Of a stretch of DNA of 32,635 nucleotides, positions 17,455-25,653 are shown one piece after another. The translations under genes were made by a program, and so were the position numbers. Origin of the DNA: a virus (Duplodnaviria > Heunggongvirae > Uroviricota > Caudoviricetes); IMG/VR virus record IMGVR_UViG_2627853795_000005, positions 1 to 32,635 of that record; one strand, 5' to 3'. The notes below the pieces were generated by a model that searched no databases, was not told where the DNA came from, and saw only the letters and a program-made list of their open reading frames with translations. Every line of letters starts with the position of its first letter. Position 1 is the stretch's first letter.

Positions 17455-17778
17455 GTGAGCACCATTCAAACAGGGATCACAGAGCAGGTTATTGCGTGGC
17501 TCTTTGACCACCTGCCAACGGTGTATGCAGTAGGCGCGGCGGTCAGCATTTCCGCGCTGATGAGTCTTTATGACGGACGAACACTGGTTCAGACCGTAAC
17601 GGGATCGCTGGCGTGCGGCGTTCTTGCCATGGCCGTGGCCGGGTCGTTGCGCTTCTTCGGGTTTCCTGAAGATGCCGTGACGTTTATCGGCGCATCAATC
17701 GGTTTTATGGGTGCAGAGAAAGCACGCGACAAGGTTATTGCGGCCTTTAATCGCAGGGTGAAGGAGAAGGACGAATGA
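17455..17778 (+). CDS. Holin (three predicted TM segments)
   Basis: GTG start after GGGGGGAG RBS; hydrophobic segments VYAVGAAVSISALMSL, VTGSLACGVLAMAVAGSL, VTFIGASIGFMGA; position between X and endolysin. Confidence 0.75.
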   Translation: MSTIQTGITEQVIAWLFDHLPTVYAVGAAVSISALMSLYDGRTLVQTVTGSLACGVLAMAVAGSLRFFGFPEDAVTFIGASIGFMGAEKARDKVIAAFNRRVKEKDE

Positions 17779-18167
17779 GCAACACATTTAAATTCAGCAG
17801 CCGGAGCGAAAAGAATTTGCAGGGCGTAAATCCTGATCTGGTGAAAGTGACCCGACGGGCACTGGAAATCTCGGAAGTGGATTTTGGTATCACCGAAGGG
17901 TTGCGCAGCCGTTACCGCCAGAAGCAACTGGTGGCCACGGGTAAGAGCCAGACCATGAACAGCCGCCACCTTACGGGGCATGCCGTGGATGTTGTGGCTT
18001 ATATCGGCAGCCAGGTGTCATGGGAATGGCCGCTGTACGAAAAAATCGCAGCAGCATTCAGACAGGCCAGCCGGGAACTGAATATTCCGGTGGAATGGGG
18101 CGGCGACTGGAAGACCCTGAAAGACGGACCGCATTTTCAGTTACCACACGGAGCCTATCCGGCATGA
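17775..18167 (+). CDS. Endolysin, peptidase M15-type (zinc D-Ala-D-Ala / L-Ala-D-Glu peptidase fold)
   Basis: 130 aa; SRHLTGHAVDV and C-terminal GGDW...GPHFQL motifs typical of M15/VanY-like endolysins; lysis-cassette position. Confidence 0.8.
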   Translation: MSNTFKFSSRSEKNLQGVNPDLVKVTRRALEISEVDFGITEGLRSRYRQKQLVATGKSQTMNSRHLTGHAVDVVAYIGSQVSWEWPLYEKIAAAFRQASRELNIPVEWGGDWKTLKDGPHFQLPHGAYPA

Positions 18168-18571
18168 AGCTCTGGCCCACGCTGGGCGTCGCTTTCCTTC
18201 TGATTGCCGCATGGGGAACATCCATGCGTCTGTCGTGGTCGCTGGGCCGGGAGAACGCCAGAAACGAAGCGCAGGCCAGCGCCCTGAAAAGTACCGTCGA
18301 CACCCTGAATATCATCAGCACCGGGGTACAGGATATGCAGCAGGTGCTGGCGCAACTCCGCGTGGAAAATCAACAGCGAAATCAGGACGGAGAGGCCAGA
18401 CGTGAACAGCTACGCAACGATATTGCAAAAGATGAATGCGCCCACGCTTTGCCTGACGCTCGTTTTACTGACAGGTTGCGCAGGCACGCAGAACGCGCCA
18501 CGGCCAGCGCCGTCAGTCCGGCTTATACCGCAGACGCTGACCATACCAGTAATGCCTCCCCCCTTCCCTGA
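18164..18571 (+). CDS. lysB: i-spanin (LysB/Rz-like)
   Basis: N-terminal TM (LWPTLGVAFLLIAAWG), then a coiled-coil-like charged region; ATGA overlap with endolysin stop. Confidence 0.8.
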   Translation: MKLWPTLGVAFLLIAAWGTSMRLSWSLGRENARNEAQASALKSTVDTLNIISTGVQDMQQVLAQLRVENQQRNQDGEARREQLRNDIAKDECAHALPDARFTDRLRRHAERATASAVSPAYTADADHTSNASPLP

Positions 18572-18722
18572 TACTCCCACATGGGGAAATCTCGGTATAT
18601 GGGGCGACCGCCTTCTGGATGCACTGGAAACCTGTAACGCGGATAAACGGGCCATTGAATTACTGGAACAGCGCAGACTGCAACGACTGAACAACGAGGA
18701 CAACAACCATGCTGAAAACTGA
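18402..18722 (+). CDS. lysC: o-spanin lipoprotein (LysC/Rz1-like), embedded in and extending past lysB
   Basis: Lipobox LLTGC followed by a Pro-rich region; GTG start at 18402 with GGAGAGG RBS (alternative ATG at 18432); +1 frame relative to lysB. Confidence 0.75.
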   Translation: MNSYATILQKMNAPTLCLTLVLLTGCAGTQNAPRPAPSVRLIPQTLTIPVMPPPFPDTPTWGNLGIWGDRLLDALETCNADKRAIELLEQRRLQRLNNEDNNHAEN

Positions 18723-19176
18723 TTCCCTGCGTGAAGCCATGACCCGTTCATGCCGATGGTGTCAGGCCAACCCGGAAAAATTCACCATTTTCGTGGAGAG
18801 CGGCAACATTGAAACGACCGGAGAAACGCCCTCGTTTGTTTACCGCTATCAGATGGTGATGTTTGTCATGGATTACGCCGGGGAGCTGGACGACCTCACG
18901 CTGCCGCTACTGGCGTGGTTATCAGAAAATCAGCCACAGTTGTTGCTCAATCCGGAGCGTAATCAGGACATCAAATTCTCCGCCGTTATCAATGACGATG
19001 ACAGCGCCGATCTCCTGTTTACGCTCCCTCTGCGGGAACGCGTTCGCATCACGCGCAGCAGTCAGGGCACGCCGCAGGCAGAACACCTGCCGGAGCCAAA
19101 ACCCCGCCTGCCATCTTCCGAAGGCGACTGGTCGCATGTATTCCAGGATGTGACGTGGGGTGAAAGCGATGGATAA
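18709..19176 (+). CDS. R: Tail completion protein gpR
   Basis: 155 aa; MLKTDSLR... and LLAWLSENQP blocks match recalled P2 gpR. Confidence 0.85.
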   Translation: MLKTDSLREAMTRSCRWCQANPEKFTIFVESGNIETTGETPSFVYRYQMVMFVMDYAGELDDLTLPLLAWLSENQPQLLLNPERNQDIKFSAVINDDDSADLLFTLPLRERVRITRSSQGTPQAEHLPEPKPRLPSSEGDWSHVFQDVTWGESDG

Positions 19177-19804
19177 GGCATTCACCCGCGTGGATGAAAC
19201 CTTTGAGGCCATCCGCGACAGCCTGAATCAGCAGGCCATCAATAACATCGCCAGAAAGCTGGCACAGGATTTACGCCGCGCCCAGCAGGCGCGTATCCGG
19301 TCACAGAAAGCGCCGGACGGGACCGCGTGGACACCACGCAGACGCCGCGTAACCCGGATACAGGAACGCATTCGCTTTATCTGGAATAACGAAGCACGCA
19401 CGCTGAAAAACTGGCATCACGACACGGGGAAATACGGGCGAACCATTACCGGGTGGGATGAGGATAAAAATAATATCCGCACGTTTTACCGGGATGACAT
19501 CGACCGTTTTCTGGAAATACGCACCCGGCGCATCAACCAGGACAGCACAAAGCGCGTCCCCATGTTCGTAAAACTGCGCACCGCCCGCTACCTGAAAGCC
19601 CGTGCAGATGCTTCCGGTGTGACGGTGGGTTACAGCGGCGTGGCCGCACGTATTGCCCGCGTTCATCAGTTCGGTGAGCGCGATCAGGTTGCGCCGGGCA
19701 TTTTCACCGATTACCCGGTACGTGAGCTGTTGGGTATCAGCCAGGCAGATGAGCGCCTGATTTATAACACGGTGCTGGGCCGGATTGCGGAGGCTGTACG
19801 GTGA
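19169..19804 (+). CDS. S: Tail completion protein gpS
   Basis: Synteny between R and V; ATG at 19169 (a GTG at 19160 is an alternative start). Confidence 0.75.
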   Translation: MDKAFTRVDETFEAIRDSLNQQAINNIARKLAQDLRRAQQARIRSQKAPDGTAWTPRRRRVTRIQERIRFIWNNEARTLKNWHHDTGKYGRTITGWDEDKNNIRTFYRDDIDRFLEIRTRRINQDSTKRVPMFVKLRTARYLKARADASGVTVGYSGVAARIARVHQFGERDQVAPGIFTDYPVRELLGISQADERLIYNTVLGRIAEAVR

Positions 19805-20382
19805 GCGCAGAACTCATGCGACTGCTGAGCAATATCATCCGCACCGGGATCATCTCTGAAGTTGATGAGAAGTCCTGGCGCGTGCGCGTTCGCAGCGGCG
19901 AACTGGAAACAGGCTGGCTGCGCTGGAACACCACGCGCGCGGGAGCCTTCAATGTGTGGCTGCCGCCATCACCAGGCGAACAGGTGGTAATTGCCTGCAT
20001 TGGCGGCAACCCGGAAACCGCCATGATAATTGGCAGCCTGTGGAGTGATGCCAATCCGGCACCCGGCAAAAGCCTGAAAGAAATCGTGATCAGCGCGCCG
20101 GACGGCGCGGTGTTCCGCTACGACGCGGACGCTGGCGCACTGAGCGCCAGCGGCATGAAAACGGCCACTTTACAGGCATCCGTCAGCGTGAAACTGGATA
20201 CGCCCGTCGTGGAATGCACAAACCTTCTGAGAACGGCGACGCTTGACGTCACAAAAGGAGGAAAGATGAGCGGCAATATCACGCACAGCGGCGGCAACTT
20301 CACCTCAAACGGCATTACCGTGCATACGCATAAACACGGTGGCGTGAAAGGCGGCAGCGATTCGACAGGAGGCCCGCAGTGA
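19801..20382 (+). CDS. V: Baseplate spike / assembly protein gpV
   Basis: IRTGII, GEQVVIACIGG, CTNLL...TLDVTKGGKMSGNITHSGG..SNGITVHTHKH blocks match recalled P2 gpV; GTG start overlapping S stop. Confidence 0.9.
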   Translation: MSAELMRLLSNIIRTGIISEVDEKSWRVRVRSGELETGWLRWNTTRAGAFNVWLPPSPGEQVVIACIGGNPETAMIIGSLWSDANPAPGKSLKEIVISAPDGAVFRYDADAGALSASGMKTATLQASVSVKLDTPVVECTNLLRTATLDVTKGGKMSGNITHSGGNFTSNGITVHTHKHGGVKGGSDSTGGPQ

Positions 20383-20729
20383 CAACCCGCTACACAGGAA
20401 TGAATCCGGACGGGACGGGAAACCTGAACGATATGGAGCACCTGAAACAGTCAGTCAGGGATATCCTGACCACCCCGCTGGCAAGCCGGGTTATGCGACG
20501 GGAATATGGCAGCCTTGTGCCTGATTTGATTGACGAACCCATGAATAACACCACGCGTCTGCAATGCATGAGTGCTGCCGTGATTGCGCTGACACGATGG
20601 GAACCCCGCATTGCCCTGGATGCCATCGACGTTGTCTGGAAAGCGGGAGGCCGCGCCGGGGTGACGCTGTCGGGCACTGTCATGCAGACCATGCAAAATG
20701 TTGAATTAACCATCACGCTGAGGGAGTAA
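20379..20729 (+). CDS. W: Baseplate wedge protein gpW (gp25-like)
   Basis: MTTRYTGMNPDG...SRVMRREYGS...WEPRI blocks match recalled P2 gpW; GTG start with AGGAGG RBS. Confidence 0.9.
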   Translation: MTTRYTGMNPDGTGNLNDMEHLKQSVRDILTTPLASRVMRREYGSLVPDLIDEPMNNTTRLQCMSAAVIALTRWEPRIALDAIDVVWKAGGRAGVTLSGTVMQTMQNVELTITLRE

Positions 20730-20732
20730 ATC

Positions 20733-21629
20733 ATGCCTGCCGTTGACCTTTCCCAGTTACCGGAACCCGCCATCATCGCGGAGCCTGACTTTGAGGCAAT
20801 TCTGGCTGACACAAAGGCCATGATGATTGCGGCTTATCCCGCCGAACAGCGTGAAGCCGTCTCCGCCGCGCTGGAGCTGGAATCGGAACCCCTGAACGTT
20901 ATCGCCCAGACAACAGCGTTTCGTGAAATGCTGTTACGCCAGCGGGTCAATGAGGGGGCACGCGCCTGCATGTTAAGCCACAGCGCCGGGACAGACCTGG
21001 ACAACCTCGCGGGCAATATGAACACAAAGCGCCTGACCATCACTCCGGCAACGGATACCACCGACGCGGTGATGGAGAGCGACACCTCGCTGAGACTGCG
21101 GGCGCAGCGGGCGTACGACGGCCTGAGTGTTGCTGGCCCGTCAGGTGCATACGAGTATTTTGCCCGCAGCGCCAGCGGTCTGGTGCGTGATGCGCGGGCT
21201 ATCAGCCCGTCTCCGGCAAATGTGACGGTTTCCATCCTGTCCACTGAAGGCGACGGCACAGCAACGGAGGCGTTGCTTAATACCGTTCGCGCCGTTCTGA
21301 ATGCAGAGGATACCCGCCCGGTGGCCGACCGCCTGACCGTACAGAGTGCCAGAATCGTGACATGGCGGCTGAATGCAAAACTGTACTTTTACCCCGGCCC
21401 GGAATCCGAACCTATTCTGGCCGCGGCTGAATCGTCGTTCAGGAAGTGGCTGGCTGAGCAGGGGCTTATCGGTCAGGACGTGGCGTTGTCCGCCATTGCT
21501 GCCGCACTTCATGTGCACGGCGTGCAACGCGTGGAGATAATCGAACCCACACAGAATATGGCCATCAGCGACATACAGGCGGCGCGCTGTGAGTCATTTA
21601 CCATCAGCGAAGGTGGGCGCAATGAGTAA
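20733..21629 (+). CDS. J: Baseplate assembly protein gpJ
   Basis: N-terminus MPAVDLSQLPEPAIIAEPDFEAILAD matches recalled P2 gpJ. Confidence 0.9.
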   Translation: MPAVDLSQLPEPAIIAEPDFEAILADTKAMMIAAYPAEQREAVSAALELESEPLNVIAQTTAFREMLLRQRVNEGARACMLSHSAGTDLDNLAGNMNTKRLTITPATDTTDAVMESDTSLRLRAQRAYDGLSVAGPSGAYEYFARSASGLVRDARAISPSPANVTVSILSTEGDGTATEALLNTVRAVLNAEDTRPVADRLTVQSARIVTWRLNAKLYFYPGPESEPILAAAESSFRKWLAEQGLIGQDVALSAIAAALHVHGVQRVEIIEPTQNMAISDIQAARCESFTISEGGRNE

Positions 21630-22152
21630 TTCACTGTTACCGCCATCAGCCAGCAATTTCATGCGTTGTGCCGAAGCCGTCGGAACACGCATTACAGACA
21701 TTCCGGTAGACCTCAACACGCTGTGGTCGCCGGACACCTGCCCGGTGCATCTGCTGCCTTATCTCGCCTGGGCATTTTCCGTTGACCGCTGGGATCGCAA
21801 CTGGCCGGAAGAGACAAAGCGACAGGTGATTCGTGATGCATGGCTGATACACCGACACAAAGGGACCATCAGCGCACTGCGCCGGGCCATTGAGCCGCTG
21901 GGATACCTCATTCGCGTGTCTGAGTGGTGGGAGTTCGGCGGAGAACCGGGAACATTTACCGTTGAAGTCGGCACGCTGGACAGTGGCGTGACGGAGGAAA
22001 TGTATCTGGAAATGGAGCGGTTGATTGCTGATGCCCGCCCGGCCAGCCGCCACATGACAGGGCTGAATATCATTCAGGAGATCCCGGGGGATATTTTCGC
22101 GGCGGCAGCAACTTACGACGGTGAAGTCATTACCATTTATCCGGACGATTAA
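21622..22152 (+). CDS. I: Baseplate protein gpI
   Basis: LWSPDTCPVHLLPYLAWAFSVDRWD and EMERLIADARPASRH blocks match recalled P2 gpI; ATG at 21622 overlaps J stop. Confidence 0.9.
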   Translation: MSNSLLPPSASNFMRCAEAVGTRITDIPVDLNTLWSPDTCPVHLLPYLAWAFSVDRWDRNWPEETKRQVIRDAWLIHRHKGTISALRRAIEPLGYLIRVSEWWEFGGEPGTFTVEVGTLDSGVTEEMYLEMERLIADARPASRHMTGLNIIQEIPGDIFAAAATYDGEVITIYPDD

Positions 22153-22154
22153 GC

Positions 22155-24551
22155 ATGAGTACCACAACACGAAAATTTAAAACCGTTATCACCGATACGG
22201 GTGCAAAAAAATTAGCTCAGGCAGCCGCGCCAGATGGTAAGCCTGTCCGCCTGACTCATATGGCCGTGGGCGACGGTGGCGGCACGTTGCCCACACCAGA
22301 CAGTAAGCAGACCCGTCTGGTGCATGAGGTGTGGCGACACACTGTTAATCGCGTCATCCTGGACGCAACACATCAGAACCGCATTATTGCGGAGCTGGTT
22401 ATTCCTCCTGAAACGGGCGGATTCTGGATCCGGGAAATTGGTGTATTTGATGAGCACGGCGATTTAATCGCGGTGGGCAATACTGCGGAAAGTTACAAGC
22501 CAGCCGTTGCCGAAGGATCCGGACGTGCACAAACATTTCGCACCATTCTGACCGTATCCAGCACTGCCACCGTGGCGCTTACCGTGGATAACACCATGGT
22601 GATGGCCACAGTGGATTACGTGAATGACAAACTGAAAGAGCATGAACAGTCACGACGTCACCCGGATGCCTCGCTGACCGCAAAAGGCTTTGTTCAACTC
22701 AGTAGCGCCACTAACAGCGATTCTGAAACGCTGGCCGCAACGCCGAAAGCGGTTAAGGCCGCGTATGACCTGGCTAACGGAAAATATACCGCTCAGGACG
22801 CCACGACGGCACGAAAAGGGATAGTCCAGCTCAGTAGTGCCACCAACAGCACGTCTGAAACAGTGGCCGCGACACCGAAAGCGGTTAAGGCGGTAATGGA
22901 TGAAACGAACAAGAAAGCGCCCTTAAACAGCCCGGCGCTGACCGGAACGCCAACAACACCAACTGCGCGACAGGGAACGAATAATACCCAAATCGCAAGC
23001 ACGGCTTATGTGATGGCCGCGATTGCCGCCCTTGTAGATTCGTCACCTGATGCACTGAACACGCTGAACGAGCTGGCGGCGGCGCTGGGAAACGACCCGA
23101 ATTTTGCGACCACCATGACTAACGCGCTTGCGGGTAAGCAACCGAAAGATGCCACCCTGACGGCGCTGGCCGGGCTTGCTACTGCGGCAGACAGGTTTCC
23201 GTATTTTGCGGGGAATGATGTCGCCAGCCTGGCAACCCTGACAAAAGTCGGGCGGGATATTCTTGCGAAATCGACCGTTGCCGCTGTTATCGAATACCTC
23301 GGTTTACAGGAAACGGTAAATCAGGCTTCTGGCGCATTACAAAAAAACCAGAACGGCGCAGATATTCCTGATAAGGATCGCTTCCTGAGTAACATTAATG
23401 TTTACAGCAAAGGCGAGGTGGATAAGAAAAAAGGAATGCAGCAGTACGCATTTAATGCGCCGTCTAATGCAGTTGGTGGAAAGTGGTATCCAGTTATTTT
23501 CCGGCGTTCCACAGGCAGCACTGGCGAGCTGGCTTCCAGAGTGATTATAACGACCACATCTGCCGGCGGTAATTACGAAATGAATAACTGCGAATTCAAT
23601 GGAATGGTAATGCCTGGTGGCTGGACTGATCGTGGTTCATATGCGGCAGGTTATTTTTCGACGTATCAGACTAATGAGCGCGCAATCCATTCCATTGTAA
23701 CAAGCCTTAAAGAAGATGATGTATGCAGCGTTTTTTACGTTGAAGGCAGGGCTTTTCCTGTGCGGGTTTCTGCTGAAGAAGGGCTAACGGTTATTGTTCC
23801 AACTCAGGATTATACCGTCGGTCAAACAACATATAAGTGGGGAGCAACTAATCCCGCGACAGAAAGCACGAACGCACAAGCTATTCTGGATTTTAACAAT
23901 GGGCGAGGGTTTTATTGTTCTCACTCAATATTCGGTATTAATGCCATTTTTAGCGGAAATCTGGGGATTGGAACGGCTAATGCCCTGGGTGGCAATTCAA
24001 TAGTTTTAGGAGATAACGATACCGGGTTTAAACAAAATGGTGATGGGGTGCTGGATGCTTATGCTAATGGTGTGCATGTATTCCGCTTTAGAAATGGTTC
24101 AGCAATATCATTAAAGGGTATTCAGGCTGGGGAAAGTAAGTTATTCACACTTTCAAGCGCAAATACCGCTGCCCGTAATGCATCATTTAACTTGTGGGGA
24201 AATTCGTCAAGACCAATTGTTGTAGAGCTTGGTGATGATTCAGGCTGGCATTTCTGTAGTCAGCGGAATACAGATAACTCGGTGATATTTGCTGTAAACG
24301 GTCAGATACAACCAAGCAATTGGGGTAACATTGATTCCCGATATGTAAAGGATGTTCGGCTTGGCTCACAGCAATATTATGGTGTAAACAACTGGCAAAC
24401 ATGGGACTTCCAGTGCCCATCGGGCTATGTACTGACGGGTATCAATGTTCAGGATGTCGGGAAAAACTCTGCCGATAATATTGCGGGCGTTTATTACAGA
24501 CCCGTTCAAAAATATATAAATGGCACCTGGTATAATGTAGCGAGCGTTTAA
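22155..24551 (+). CDS. H: Tail fibre protein gpH (conserved N-terminal anchor, divergent lower-GC distal part)
   Basis: 798 aa; N-terminus and [20 protein letters not shown] repeat match recalled P2 gpH; C-terminal end ...[16 protein letters not shown]. Confidence 0.9.
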   Translation: MSTTTRKFKTVITDTGAKKLAQAAAPDGKPVRLTHMAVGDGGGTLPTPDSKQTRLVHEVWRHTVNRVILDATHQNRIIAELVIPPETGGFWIREIGVFDEHGDLIAVGNTAESYKPAVAEGSGRAQTFRTILTVSSTATVALTVDNTMVMATVDYVNDKLKEHEQSRRHPDASLTAKGFVQLSSATNSDSETLAATPKAVKAAYDLANGKYTAQDATTARKGIVQLSSATNSTSETVAATPKAVKAVMDETNKKAPLNSPALTGTPTTPTARQGTNNTQIASTAYVMAAIAALVDSSPDALNTLNELAAALGNDPNFATTMTNALAGKQPKDATLTALAGLATAADRFPYFAGNDVASLATLTKVGRDILAKSTVAAVIEYLGLQETVNQASGALQKNQNGADIPDKDRFLSNINVYSKGEVDKKKGMQQYAFNAPSNAVGGKWYPVIFRRSTGSTGELASRVIITTTSAGGNYEMNNCEFNGMVMPGGWTDRGSYAAGYFSTYQTNERAIHSIVTSLKEDDVCSVFYVEGRAFPVRVSAEEGLTVIVPTQDYTVGQTTYKWGATNPATESTNAQAILDFNNGRGFYCSHSIFGINAIFSGNLGIGTANALGGNSIVLGDNDTGFKQNGDGVLDAYANGVHVFRFRNGSAISLKGIQAGESKLFTLSSANTAARNASFNLWGNSSRPIVVELGDDSGWHFCSQRNTDNSVIFAVNGQIQPSNWGNIDSRYVKDVRLGSQQYYGVNNWQTWDFQCPSGYVLTGINVQDVGKNSADNIAGVYYRPVQKYINGTWYNVASV

Positions 24552-24552
24552 T

Positions 24553-25080
24553 ATGATGCACTTAAAGAACATAAAAGCGGGTAATACTAAAACACCGGAG
24601 CAGTATGAGTTAACAAAGAAGCACGGAGTTATCTGGCTTTACTCTGAGGACGGAAAAAACTGGTATGAGGAAGTGAAAAACTTTCAGCCAGACACAATAA
24701 AGATTGTTTACGATGCAAATAATATTATTGTCGCCATCACTAAAGATGCCTCCACACTTAACCCTGAAGGTTTTAACGTCGTTGAGGTCCCCGATATAAC
24801 AGCCAATCGTCGGGCCGATGATTCCGGTAAGTGGATGTTTAAGGACGGAGCTGTAGTTAAACGGATTTATACGGCAGACGAGCAGCAACAACAGGCCGAA
24901 TCACAAAAGGCCGCGTTACTTTCCGAAGCGGAAAGCGTTATTCAGCCACTGGAGCGCGCTGTCAGGCTGAATATGGCGACGGATGAGGAGCGTAGCCGAC
25001 TGGAAGCATGGGAACGCTACAGTGTTATGGTCAGCCGTGTGGATACGGCAAAGCCCGAATGGCCACAAAAGCCTGAGTAA
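24553..25080 (+). CDS. G: Tail fibre assembly chaperone (gpG/Tfa-like)
   Basis: 175-aa ORF directly after H; low-GC; typical Tfa size and position. Confidence 0.8.
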   Translation: MMHLKNIKAGNTKTPEQYELTKKHGVIWLYSEDGKNWYEEVKNFQPDTIKIVYDANNIIVAITKDASTLNPEGFNVVEVPDITANRRADDSGKWMFKDGAVVKRIYTADEQQQQAESQKAALLSEAESVIQPLERAVRLNMATDEERSRLEAWERYSVMVSRVDTAKPEWPQKPE

Positions 25081-25085
25081 AAATT

Positions 25086-25105
25086 AAGGCCCGCTATCGG
25101 GCCTT
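25086..25105. terminator. Bidirectional intrinsic terminator between convergent tfa (+) and gpU (-)
   Basis: aaggcccg-ctat-cgggcctt hairpin, A-run upstream on + strand (T-run on the minus strand). Confidence 0.7.
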
Positions 25106-25152
25106 GTCTCATTCAGGTTGCTAATCTAACCATTAGCGGTTTTTGTGTTAAA

Positions 25153-25647
25153 TCAGAACAGCCCTTTAACTGAACTGGTTGCGCTGTTAAGGGATGATGT
25201 GACCTTATCTTTGAAGCCGGACAGCATATCACTGAACGATGAGGATTGCAGGCGTTCCCGCAAATCCTCATCGCAGCGTTCAAGAGTCAGTGAAAACTCT
25301 ATCTTTTTCGCCTTGCCGTAGCGATCAAACTCGGAACGGGTCGTATTCGTTTCAGTCAGTACATACATGCCGTAAATCTGCCCGACACCATCAATCAGAG
25401 GCCAGGGGCGTCCTGTATATGCCTGCGTGGTCAGCAACGAAAGCGACACTTCGCCACCTGTAATTTCAGGATAAAGCACGCCGGAAAGCACGATGCGATC
25501 ATCACCTGCGCCGATATACTGCCAGCTTGCTGAACGGTTAACGCGTTCATTTTTCACATGCCGCCAGCTTTTGTTTTGCTGTAACTGCTGATGCGGCAAT
25601 GTGCGCAGCTCAAAAACAAACATGCCGTAGATCATCATCATGGCCAT
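25153..25647 (-). CDS. U: Tail protein gpU
   Basis: 164 aa; QNKSWRH, LSGVLYPEITGG, WPLIDGVGQIYGMYVL, KIEFSLTLER blocks match recalled P2 gpU. Confidence 0.85.
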   Translation of the reverse strand: MAMMMIYGMFVFELRTLPHQQLQQNKSWRHVKNERVNRSASWQYIGAGDDRIVLSGVLYPEITGGEVSLSLLTTQAYTGRPWPLIDGVGQIYGMYVLTETNTTRSEFDRYGKAKKIEFSLTLERCDEDLRERLQSSSFSDMLSGFKDKVTSSLNSATSSVKGLF

Positions 25648-25653
25648 GACTCC

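Noticed and set aside
22155-25080. Invertible tail-fibre segment (Gin/Cin-type host-range switch)
   Set aside because: No invertase gene and no flanking inverted crossover sites were seen; H and tfa are simple co-linear genes.
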